Below are positions 27,505-36,282 of a DNA stretch of 64,000 bases, piece by piece. Source of the stretch: a virus; IMG/VR virus record IMGVR_UViG_3300005732_000005, positions 32,001-96,000 of that record, one strand, 5' to 3'. Position numbers and translations under genes: made by a program. Position 1 is the stretch's first letter, and every line of letters starts with the position of its first letter. The notes below the pieces were generated by a model, which saw only the letters and a list, made by a program, of their open reading frames with translations, ran no database searches and was not told where the DNA came from.

Positions 27505-29037
27505 ATGCAAGCGAAACCTCGCCAGAGAGTTTATGCTAATGTAACAAAAGCTACTTCCCCACCAACCACCACTCGTGAACAAAGAGAAGCTAAGAAGCAG
27601 AATTCTAGTGCAGCAATAGAGTTTGTTCGTAAGCAGATTAATATTCTTAAGCCTTATGAACTTAGTCAAACACAATACCTTCGCACATATCAATTAATGA
27701 TGCAAGATGATGCTGTTGCCACATGTTTCTATGCTCGGACAATGGGTGTTGCTAAAGCTCAGAAAAGAGGTAGCTTTAAACACAACCCTAACTCAGAAGA
27801 ATCTATCCAAGCAAAAGAGTTTCTGGAGTATAACCTTAATAACTTAAGAGGTCAATCTCCTTTAACAGTAGGTCTTATGGCAAGTCATATGATTCGGGAT
27901 AGATGGAGTCCTTTTGAGAATGTTTATGAGGCTGCAAGTGGTGATTGGGAAGGGATGTGGAAGCTTAAGAAATTAGCTTATGTTCATCCATTAAGTCTTG
28001 ATAAACTAAAACCTTTTGTGGTGAAAGCTGGCGGAGACAGTATTAGTCATCTTAGACAAGTTCCTGATGCTTTCATAGGAAGTGATGGTCAAGGTAGTGC
28101 TACTTTTGGACAGACAGTTGGTGGAGTAAAAGAAATCCCTTTCAACTGGGTATCTTATTGCAGTTACTCTGCTACAGATAGTCAACCTATTGGTAACAGT
28201 TTATTTGATGCAGCTTATATCCCTTGGAAAGAAAAGCAACTCTTACAAGATCTAACTCTTGTTGGTGTGCAGAAAGATTTAGCTGGTATGCCTGTTCTTG
28301 GTGCTCCGAGTAGTTTACTTGCTGCAGCAGCAGAGAACCCTGATGGTCCAGAAGCATTAATGGTTGAGCAACTTAAACAAAACCTTGCCAATCTACACAA
28401 TGGTGACCAAGCATATTCTATGATCCCAACAGATACTCACTCGGAGACAGGTAATGGTCAGAGACAGTTTGAGTTAAAGTTCTTAGGTATCGATGGTATT
28501 GGTAAACAGTTTGACGTAGAAGCTCTTGTTGAACAACGTAAACGTGCCATCTTCAATTGTTTCTCTTGTCAGAATATGCTCTCAGGGGAAAATGGTGGAG
28601 GAAGCTACAACCTCCTTGAAGGACAAACATCTCTACAAGCACACGCTGTTGAACTAGATAATATGATTGTAGATGAGATGTGGAATAAACAGATCATCCC
28701 TAAATTATTACGTCTCAACAATTGGAAACTTGCAGAGAAAGATATTCCTGTATGGCAAAGTGGTGATGTTCAAGAGATTAGTCTTGATGAATATGGTAAA
28801 GCTGTCAACCGTATGGCTAGACTATTACCTGCAACACCTGCTGTTGTTAACAGTATTCTTAAGAAGCTAGATATTCCTTTCGTTATGCCAGAGAATACAC
28901 CTGCAGAAGATATTCGAAATATGTTATTCGAGTTTAAGGAGCCTTCTAAGGTTGGGACAGGAAACGCTAGTTCAGGAACAGGAAGCACTCAAGAGGGTGG
29001 AAGCGCCAGCGACACCAATAGTGAGAATGCAGCATAA
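27505..29037 (+). CDS. portal protein
   Basis: ~510 aa directly after TerL; P.GNSLF..AY.PW..K, GMPVL, GGSYNL..G patterns of Mu gp29/DUF935-like portals; start at ATG 27505. Confidence 0.85.
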   Translation: MQAKPRQRVYANVTKATSPPTTTREQREAKKQNSSAAIEFVRKQINILKPYELSQTQYLRTYQLMMQDDAVATCFYARTMGVAKAQKRGSFKHNPNSEESIQAKEFLEYNLNNLRGQSPLTVGLMASHMIRDRWSPFENVYEAASGDWEGMWKLKKLAYVHPLSLDKLKPFVVKAGGDSISHLRQVPDAFIGSDGQGSATFGQTVGGVKEIPFNWVSYCSYSATDSQPIGNSLFDAAYIPWKEKQLLQDLTLVGVQKDLAGMPVLGAPSSLLAAAAENPDGPEALMVEQLKQNLANLHNGDQAYSMIPTDTHSETGNGQRQFELKFLGIDGIGKQFDVEALVEQRKRAIFNCFSCQNMLSGENGGGSYNLLEGQTSLQAHAVELDNMIVDEMWNKQIIPKLLRLNNWKLAEKDIPVWQSGDVQEISLDEYGKAVNRMARLLPATPAVVNSILKKLDIPFVMPENTPAEDIRNMLFEFKEPSKVGTGNASSGTGSTQEGGSASDTNSENAA

Positions 29038-29101
29038 ATTCCTTTGTGTTGCACTACCTTATTAATAGTGTTATAATTAATTATCAATTGGAAACAACTG
29101 T

Positions 29102-29632
29102 ATGACTTACACACAAGAGTTCTCTGTCAGAGAGGGCGAAGTAATCAGATGTTTCGATGCACTTCTATATGATGCAGTTGTTAAATCTTCTGCATCTAAA
29201 GTTTCCGAGTATGTAATCTCCCTTACCACACAAGATTCTTTCAATACCTACAAAAACTATGCTTTCTCGTTAAACGAGATGGAAGCTACCTTTGATTCAA
29301 AAGATGATTCTCTTATAGAAATTGTTCTTCGTGATACAAGTGTCCATAAGAAAATTATCCTCAAGAATGATAAGTCTACGCTAGTTTACGCCAAAGGTCA
29401 AGATGTTGTTGGTAAGAACAGTGAGATTAACGATATTACTTCAAAAGAGAATATCTACTCAATAACTATTAATACTCAAGAGTTTGTTACTCCTTTTAAT
29501 GATGATAATTCTTTAGAAGATGTTTATGAACATTTAACAGGTATTAATCTTGAAGCTGCAAGAGAAGCACTTGGAGAAGATATACAAAATCATGATTCAC
29601 CGATTAATTGGTGGTCTGCATTTATAACGTGA
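29102..29632 (+). CDS. hypothetical protein in head module
   Basis: Own TGTTATAAT promoter; lies between portal and protease. Confidence 0.7.
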   Translation: MTYTQEFSVREGEVIRCFDALLYDAVVKSSASKVSEYVISLTTQDSFNTYKNYAFSLNEMEATFDSKDDSLIEIVLRDTSVHKKIILKNDKSTLVYAKGQDVVGKNSEINDITSKENIYSITINTQEFVTPFNDDNSLEDVYEHLTGINLEAAREALGEDIQNHDSPINWWSAFIT

Positions 29633-29640
29633 GGACAAAT

Positions 29641-30222
29641 ATGCGAGTCAACGATTCGAGTGTATTGAACAAAATCCTCAAGGGTTTACAAGCTGCAATT
29701 GGACAACAAGAACAGCCTGTAGAACAACCACTTGAAGAAGAGGTTGTTATCAAGAGTTATAATGAAATTGAAGAGTATACTGCTCTTGATTCTCAAGAAG
29801 AAGAAAGACGTTGCTTACAAATCATTATGGAGCCTTACAAACGTGATGCTCACAACAACTGGTATACAACAGAAACAATTCAGAAAGGTCGTGAATCTTA
29901 CGAGAAGAATAAAGAAAACATTCCAGCCAATTTATTCCACCTTGTAGATACAACATCTTTCGAAGTTGAGGAGACTTTCCTCCTTGAAGAAGATACTTAT
30001 TATGAAGCTATTGATGAGACCTTAGTTAAAGGTACATGGATGGCTTGGACACACTACACAGATGATGAAGTTTGGGAACTTAAGAAGTCAGGTGAAATTG
30101 GCGGATTATCTCCATCTTGTCTTGGTAGTGTTGATAAAGAAACTGGTGAGATTACTAACTTAGCTTTCACCAAAGAAGATTTCTATAAGCAAGTTGAAGA
30201 AGGACAACATAATGCCTCTTAA
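29641..30222 (+). CDS. XkdF-like prohead serine protease
   Basis: MEP...DAH, NLFH, KGTWM, WELKKSGEIGGLS; start at ATG 29641. Confidence 0.8.
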   Translation: MRVNDSSVLNKILKGLQAAIGQQEQPVEQPLEEEVVIKSYNEIEEYTALDSQEEERRCLQIIMEPYKRDAHNNWYTTETIQKGRESYEKNKENIPANLFHLVDTTSFEVEETFLLEEDTYYEAIDETLVKGTWMAWTHYTDDEVWELKKSGEIGGLSPSCLGSVDKETGEITNLAFTKEDFYKQVEEGQHNAS

Positions 30223-31189
30223 TATTGTTAAAGATGCTAAAGAATTTAGTCCTCACATTGCTGCTTGTTCTCATACATTAAACGATGGTGCTGCTAATAA
30301 TCGTAACATTGATTTGATTCAAAAGTCAAAGATTAAATCTGATAAAGAAATCATGTTACTTAAGATGCTTCAACAAGATACACCAGAAGTTGTTGAGAAA
30401 GCAAGTGTTCGTAATGTTGAGAAGATGCTTTATTCAGCATTGAAAGAGAAATTCACTTCTGCAGATAGTTACTCTTGGGTTTGGTTACGTGACTTTGATC
30501 ATTCTATTCCAGAGCCTGTAGCTGTATTTGAGATGGATGAGAAGATTTACCAAATCGGATTCACTCTTTTAGGTAATGGTTTACTTGAATTGAATGATGA
30601 TATGGAAGAATTAATCCATCACGATGTTTACACAACAGCAGAAGAAAATGAATTGGTTTTAAAAGGTAAGTTGGTTGAAGATGAACCTGTTGAAACTGAA
30701 AGCTCAGATAATTCTGAGGAAATTGAAGAAGAGGGAGAGCAATCAACCTCAGAAGATAATCTAGAAGAAAAAGAAGAGGAAACTATGTCTGAGAAAAAAG
30801 ACGCTCCTGTAGAGTTTTCAAAAGCTCAACTTAATCAAATCGAAGAGTTACTTAAAGCTAAAGAAGCTGAAACACTAGCTCGTATCGAAGCAGAAAACCT
30901 ACTTAAGTCAACTACTGAAACATTATCTGGTTTAGAAATGGTTGAGTCTGCTGACGTAGAAGTGCTTGCTAAAGGTATTGTTGCTAACCAAGAACTTGGT
31001 GAAGTGTTTGTTAAGTCACTAGCTAATGCACAAGAGCTTATCAAATCAGCTAAAGCTGAAGCAGAAGAAGTTCGTAAAGAACTAGGTTCACATGAGCAAA
31101 TCACTGACGAAAGTGAAGTTAAAGAACTTGAGAAAGGTACTGACACAGCTTCAGCACTTGCAGCTCAAATGGCTAAATTAAAAGCTTAA
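30212..31189 (+). CDS. capsid scaffolding protein
   Basis: Position between protease and decoration/MCP; acidic linker and coiled-coil C-terminus. Confidence 0.7.
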   Translation: MPLNIVKDAKEFSPHIAACSHTLNDGAANNRNIDLIQKSKIKSDKEIMLLKMLQQDTPEVVEKASVRNVEKMLYSALKEKFTSADSYSWVWLRDFDHSIPEPVAVFEMDEKIYQIGFTLLGNGLLELNDDMEELIHHDVYTTAEENELVLKGKLVEDEPVETESSDNSEEIEEEGEQSTSEDNLEEKEEETMSEKKDAPVEFSKAQLNQIEELLKAKEAETLARIEAENLLKSTTETLSGLEMVESADVEVLAKGIVANQELGEVFVKSLANAQELIKSAKAEAEEVRKELGSHEQITDESEVKELEKGTDTASALAAQMAKLKA

Positions 31190-31215
31190 TAAGAATAATA
31201 AAGAGGAATATTTAA

Positions 31216-31560
31216 ATGGCTACATTAAATCGTGAACAGATTGTTGCTAACGCTCTTGCAGGTCAAGGTGCTGGTGATGACATGACTCATACAACTATCT
31301 CTGTTACTAAGACAGCTACTATGGTCAATGGTACTTTGTTACTAACTAACCGTACAGAAGCTGCTACTGGTGACCTTGCTGCTAATATTGTTTATGTAAT
31401 TGATGATCCAGAGATTCAATTTGCTGCTACTGGTGCTGTGGTAGAGGTTCGTGCAGTAGAAGAGCTTGATTGGGTTAAGTTCTACGGTGATAACCTTAAA
31501 ATTGGTAGTACTGCATTAACTGCAGCTCAACAAGGCACTTTTGCTAAAAAGTACGCTTAA
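31216..31560 (+). CDS. head decoration protein
   Basis: Ala/Thr-rich 114 aa directly before the MCP; strong high-expression codon bias. Confidence 0.7.
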   Translation: MATLNREQIVANALAGQGAGDDMTHTTISVTKTATMVNGTLLLTNRTEAATGDLAANIVYVIDDPEIQFAATGAVVEVRAVEELDWVKFYGDNLKIGSTALTAAQQGTFAKKYA

Positions 31561-31588
31561 TAATAAGAATAATTAGAGGAAATTTAAA

Positions 31589-32635
31589 ATGGCAGATATC
31601 CGTCAAGGCGAACAGGGTTTACAGAATTTTACACCACTTATGGACTTAGTTCCTCGCCAAGAGAACATGCTACAACGTATGGGTCTATTCTCTGTAGTAG
31701 AATACACAACTGAGAAAGTAACTGAGTTTGAACGTCGAGTTCTTGGTATTGATACTATGTACTCTGTTGAGCGTGGTGCTGATCGTCAGTATGCTGGTGA
31801 TGAAGGCGCGCAAACAGCGTTACTAAAAATTCCATTCTTCACGTTAGATAAAGTTATCAAGCCTAGCGATGTTGACCAACTACGTGAGTTCTTAACAGCT
31901 ACTGATCCAGAGACAGTTCGTAGCCGTGTTGAGAAAGTTATTGCTCGTATCCAACGTGGTCACGTAGAGTTACACAAGAATGTAATGTATGAAGCACTAG
32001 TTAGTAACTCTACTTATGCTAAAGATCGTGCTGGTAATGACCGTGCTGGTTATGTTAAGAACTTCCAAACAGCTTTCGAAGTTGCTGATGCTGATATGTA
32101 CAACGGTGCGGCTAACGGTGCTAAGACTATCGACCTAGATGACCAAACTATTAACCCAGCAGATGAGTTTGAATTGTTCCGTAAGCACGTATTCAATAAA
32201 GCTGGTGATGGTGGTGACAACTATCGTCTAGTAGTGTTAATGGGTAGCGGTTCATTCACTAAGCTTAAGAATCACTCAGACTACGTAGAAGCTTTTGCTA
32301 ACTATGCTTCTAACGAAGAGCCTTTACGTCAACGTTTAGGTGGTCTACGTACTTCACGTGTTCTTGAGTGGCAGGGTGTTACTTACATCGAAGATGTTTC
32401 TGGTAAGATTGATGATGACAAGATTATCGGTTTCCCACTAGATATGGAAGATATGTTCCAACTTCACTATGGTCATGCTGACACTATCGCTGCTCAGAAT
32501 GGTGATGAGGCTGTTTCAGAAGCTTACCTTTACATCAACGAAACCGATGCTCGTAAGGTTGGCGTTGAAAGTGAAGCTGCTCTTGTGGCATGTATCACAC
32601 GTCCTGAGTTGATCGCTCGTTGGACAGAATCATAA
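31589..32635 (+). CDS. major capsid protein (lambda gpE-like HK97 fold)
   Basis: 348 aa; LQRMGLF, VERGA, IPFF, C-terminal CITRPEL; high-expression codon bias; synteny. Confidence 0.9.
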   Translation: MADIRQGEQGLQNFTPLMDLVPRQENMLQRMGLFSVVEYTTEKVTEFERRVLGIDTMYSVERGADRQYAGDEGAQTALLKIPFFTLDKVIKPSDVDQLREFLTATDPETVRSRVEKVIARIQRGHVELHKNVMYEALVSNSTYAKDRAGNDRAGYVKNFQTAFEVADADMYNGAANGAKTIDLDDQTINPADEFELFRKHVFNKAGDGGDNYRLVVLMGSGSFTKLKNHSDYVEAFANYASNEEPLRQRLGGLRTSRVLEWQGVTYIEDVSGKIDDDKIIGFPLDMEDMFQLHYGHADTIAAQNGDEAVSEAYLYINETDARKVGVESEAALVACITRPELIARWTES

Positions 32636-32656
32636 TCGTTTATAAAACAATGACTT

Positions 32657-32684
32657 AGAGAGGACTTGTTCCTCTCTTCTTTTA
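32657..32684 (+). terminator. terminator after the MCP gene
   Basis: AGAGAGGA-CTTGT-TCCTCTCT followed by TCTTTT. Confidence 0.65.
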
Positions 32685-32741
32685 CTAAAGTATTTTCTTA
32701 GTAGAATATTTCACTAAAAGAATAAATCAGGAGAACAAATT

Positions 32742-33251
32742 TTGCAAGTAGCAGTTTTAAAAACTAAAAAACTATTCCTAGAGTTCCTTATTGAAAAGGG
32801 TCTAGATAAAATTAATATGAATAAATCTCTTCAGGACAAAGCTCGTTGGTCTGTATATGTTGATGACTTACGTATCTATAATGCCCGTCTAGCAGACTTA
32901 ATCCTAGAGTTGAACGAGTCTTTAGATATCTTTATTGACCCTTCTAAGAGTCGTCCTTTAACAATCAATGCTATCAAGTTAGTTTATTCAGAGGATAAGA
33001 AAGTTGCCGTACAACAAAAAGAAGCAGCAAAGCAAATCTTCCAAAAAGAAGAAGACAAAGAAGAAGCAAAAGATTCGTCGTTAATTGTTCCTGCGACAGT
33101 TGATTGGAAATGGATTGAGTCTTTAAAGAATAATAAAGAAGATAAAGTTAAGTTGGATGAGTATGCTCAGAAAGAGTTTAATATTGAACTGAAACGTTCT
33201 ATGACTCTTAAGAATATGATCGCTGACTTCAAAGAACAATTAGAAAAATAA
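32742..33251 (+). CDS. hypothetical protein following the MCP
   Basis: TTG start with AGGAG SD. Confidence 0.7.
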   Translation: MQVAVLKTKKLFLEFLIEKGLDKINMNKSLQDKARWSVYVDDLRIYNARLADLILELNESLDIFIDPSKSRPLTINAIKLVYSEDKKVAVQQKEAAKQIFQKEEDKEEAKDSSLIVPATVDWKWIESLKNNKEDKVKLDEYAQKEFNIELKRSMTLKNMIADFKEQLEK

Positions 33252-33278
33252 ATAACAATTATAATTGTATAATAAGAT

Positions 33279-33312
33279 GCCCCTAACCTGATAAGGTTCA
33301 GGGGCTTTTTTT
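33279..33312 (+). terminator. Rho-independent terminator
   Basis: GCCCCT-AACCT..AGGTT-CAGGGGC followed by a T run. Confidence 0.8.
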
Positions 33313-33339
33313 GTTTCTGTAATACACTAAGGAATACAG

Positions 33340-34233
33340 ATGAATTATAACAAAACTGTCTACACATCTCCAATGGTATTTGCGGCAGGACAGGATCATG
33401 AAATAGAAGCTCCTCTAGGTGATACTTATTTCATAACACTGACGGAATGGCAAAACCGCCCTTTAAACCTTCTTCCTGCGAGACCTGCTATTGAAAGAGA
33501 TAAGGTTATACGTAACACCTTGTTTATCCGAGACACTAATAGTCATATTGCAGATATTGTTACAGAAGGTGAAGATTTAAATGTAGTTGTGGCGCTCACA
33601 GAAGCCTATGGGATAGATATCTCATTTGATTGGACAATCACTCACGGTGGAGATTTTATCAACGGAGAAGCGAACTGGGAGAAGGACGAGAGTAACTATA
33701 ACTACCAGCAACTTCACAGAGACACTGTGGATGCGGATTACAACGCAACACTTACTGGGCAAGCTACTATTGCGGCAGGGGATACCACTGTGACTATCAC
33801 TATTCCCACTGTAGACGATGCTGTTTTCACAGGTGGTGAAAACTCTTACAAGGTAAGTACAATCACTTTAAGTAATTACTCTGTCGGTACAGGTGATATT
33901 CTTCCAGATGAAAGTCGTACAAGTTCTTTGATCATTATGAGTGATAGTTCTCCTAGACCTATTATAGAGGGCGTGGTCTCTTTATGGGTTCGTATGGGTG
34001 AAGATACTGAAATGGAGAGATTAGGTGGCAGGTCTGATGCTGTGAGTTTTTCTCTTGGTCAAGACACTAATGGAGATAGTCTTTTAGAAACTTGTATCTT
34101 TGATGATACCCCTATCGAAAAGCTTATTTTTAGAGTAGCGGAAGATCCTACAGCACCCAACGGTGAAGATATTACACAAACCACTTTAAGGTTTAATGCA
34201 CAAATTAAGTCTGGTAGAAGAAACCTAAATTAA
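33340..34233 (+). CDS. Calx-beta (Ig-like) domain virion protein
   Basis: DY....G..TIAAGDTT.TITIPTVDD....G.E....TLSN Calx-beta signature. Confidence 0.75.
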   Translation: MNYNKTVYTSPMVFAAGQDHEIEAPLGDTYFITLTEWQNRPLNLLPARPAIERDKVIRNTLFIRDTNSHIADIVTEGEDLNVVVALTEAYGIDISFDWTITHGGDFINGEANWEKDESNYNYQQLHRDTVDADYNATLTGQATIAAGDTTVTITIPTVDDAVFTGGENSYKVSTITLSNYSVGTGDILPDESRTSSLIIMSDSSPRPIIEGVVSLWVRMGEDTEMERLGGRSDAVSFSLGQDTNGDSLLETCIFDDTPIEKLIFRVAEDPTAPNGEDITQTTLRFNAQIKSGRRNLN

Positions 34234-34271
34234 GTGTTATAATAGTAGTATTAACAGAATAAGGAGCTATT

Positions 34272-36116
34272 ATGGCTATACCTAAGAGAGGATCTGGTGT
34301 TCCACCAAGGTCTGTTGGAGGAAAAGGTGGTGAAATTGCTGTACATAACACAGACTGTTCCTTACCCAATGAAGTATCTTCCTCAGTTAAAAGATTGGTA
34401 ATAGGTGAAGGTTTAGGTTTCACAGCTTATGTAGATGCTGATGATGAAGGTTGTATAATCATAGGGCAGCCGCCAAACTTCCTACCACCTCTTTGGCAAA
34501 TGGATAACCAAACCTCAACTATTGTAAGAGTAGGTCTTCCTGATGGAGGTAACTTCTTTGCAGGGCTAAATGATAACTGGGCAGGAACAGCGCGCACTGC
34601 AACACAGAACACATCACTAACATGGACTTCTGGACAATCAACGGGTTTCGGAAGTACATCCTCTGTTAATGTAAATATTACTGATGGTGGTTTGACACCT
34701 TATGCCAATTTGAATTTCCCTACAGCAGGTAACAGTGATACCACAACTGGTAGAGTACGGGTTCGTGTTACAGGTACAACTGCTGATGGTGATGGTAGTC
34801 GGAATGCAGCAACCATTGCAATAACGGTAGATTTACAAGGTTTACTTGATGATGCGGGAAATGGGCATACATCAGGTAGTTTTAGAGTAAGATTCACTCA
34901 CACAGATTTTGACGGTACTCAAAGGGTTTTTGAAGAAAGTTTCTTCTTAGATGATAATAATAATGCAGATATATTTATAAACCCTAATGCAACTGGCTTA
35001 AGAGAGTTTCACATAGAACGTGTACAACACGGTATAGGTAACGGTATTGTTAAGTACTTATCAGGTATTGGTTATTATACAACAGGTACTCGTTACAGTA
35101 TGACCACAGGTGTTGTTGAGAATCATAATCTTGACAGTAGTCGTGTAGACCAAAGTTATGTATTTGATATGGATGGTTTTGGAGTAGCTGACTATAATAC
35201 ATCTCCTTGGACTAGTGTCTCAGATTTCCAACTTATGCTTACAGATGTTGATAGGTTTGATAATCAAATGGGTTATGTACCTGATGACAGTACTAATACT
35301 ATCAACCGAGCAAACTTTAGACATATAGGATTTACTCAAGCACTAGTTAATGTTCGAGATGCTTGGGGTAGTAGTCCACAATACCCTTCTCCTAGTTTTA
35401 ACATGATGGTTGACACTTTTACTGATGATAGTACCAATCTAATTGAAACCTTCAACGGAGAAACTTTACGCTTAGAGGGTGATTATGCAACACCTTGGGA
35501 TAGTGAAACTATTAGAGCTGACGGCCATGCAATTGTGTTTGGTGGGGGATTGTATCGTGGAGTAGACTTGCCTACTATAGACGAGAATGTTTTAGGGGTA
35601 ACAGGTAGTTTAGGGGATGCTTCTGCATTCTTTCCTGACAAGTTTATGGATGACTCTGTAAGACCACAACCTAATTATTCAACTCACGCACAAAAGGCTG
35701 TATACTTCAGAGAGTTCAGGGCAAACAACCCAACCACCAGTTACGGCAGTATGACATTCACTATTACAACAGAGAATGGTATTGAGACGGATATCAATGC
35801 AGGTAATGTTGAAATTTACATTTGGAAGTTAGGTTCTAGTGCTCCAACTTCACCCAACCTAGTATTACCTCCAACATACGACCCTGCTAACCCTGACCTA
35901 AGTAAGGTTAATAGTATTTGGTTACATGAACCTTATGACTTTGGTAATTTTGATGACGGTGCTACACAAAATGTAGGTACGAATGGTTGCCTAGTTAATA
36001 TAGCAGGTAGTACTTTAACAGCTACCTTTGGTGGTGCTAATGTTGAAGGTGGTGTATTAGTAAGAATAGATATAAGCGGAGGCGCTAGGATAGATCATAT
36101 AGTAGCCGCTTTTTAA
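34272..36116 (+). CDS. large beta-rich virion/fibre protein
   Basis: 614 aa rich in G/T/N/D; own late promoter. Confidence 0.65.
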   Translation: MAIPKRGSGVPPRSVGGKGGEIAVHNTDCSLPNEVSSSVKRLVIGEGLGFTAYVDADDEGCIIIGQPPNFLPPLWQMDNQTSTIVRVGLPDGGNFFAGLNDNWAGTARTATQNTSLTWTSGQSTGFGSTSSVNVNITDGGLTPYANLNFPTAGNSDTTTGRVRVRVTGTTADGDGSRNAATIAITVDLQGLLDDAGNGHTSGSFRVRFTHTDFDGTQRVFEESFFLDDNNNADIFINPNATGLREFHIERVQHGIGNGIVKYLSGIGYYTTGTRYSMTTGVVENHNLDSSRVDQSYVFDMDGFGVADYNTSPWTSVSDFQLMLTDVDRFDNQMGYVPDDSTNTINRANFRHIGFTQALVNVRDAWGSSPQYPSPSFNMMVDTFTDDSTNLIETFNGETLRLEGDYATPWDSETIRADGHAIVFGGGLYRGVDLPTIDENVLGVTGSLGDASAFFPDKFMDDSVRPQPNYSTHAQKAVYFREFRANNPTTSYGSMTFTITTENGIETDINAGNVEIYIWKLGSSAPTSPNLVLPPTYDPANPDLSKVNSIWLHEPYDFGNFDDGATQNVGTNGCLVNIAGSTLTATFGGANVEGGVLVRIDISGGARIDHIVAAF

Positions 36117-36130
36117 AGTAAGGACTTGAT

Positions 36131-36280
36131 ATGCAATTTTATAAAAACATTTCGTTGGTGGAAATCTCTGACGGAAAGTGGCAACTAGTGGTGAAGGTTA
36201 ATGAGGTTAAAGAAGAGCGTATTAACTTGACAGATTCTCAACTTAACTACATCCTCTCTATGTTCCGTCAAGGAGTTTAA
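36131..36280 (+). CDS. small hypothetical protein (49 aa, missed by ORF track)
   Basis: AAGGA SD; fills the gap between two genes exactly. Confidence 0.6.
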   Translation: MQFYKNISLVEISDGKWQLVVKVNEVKEERINLTDSQLNYILSMFRQGV

Positions 36281-36282
36281 AT

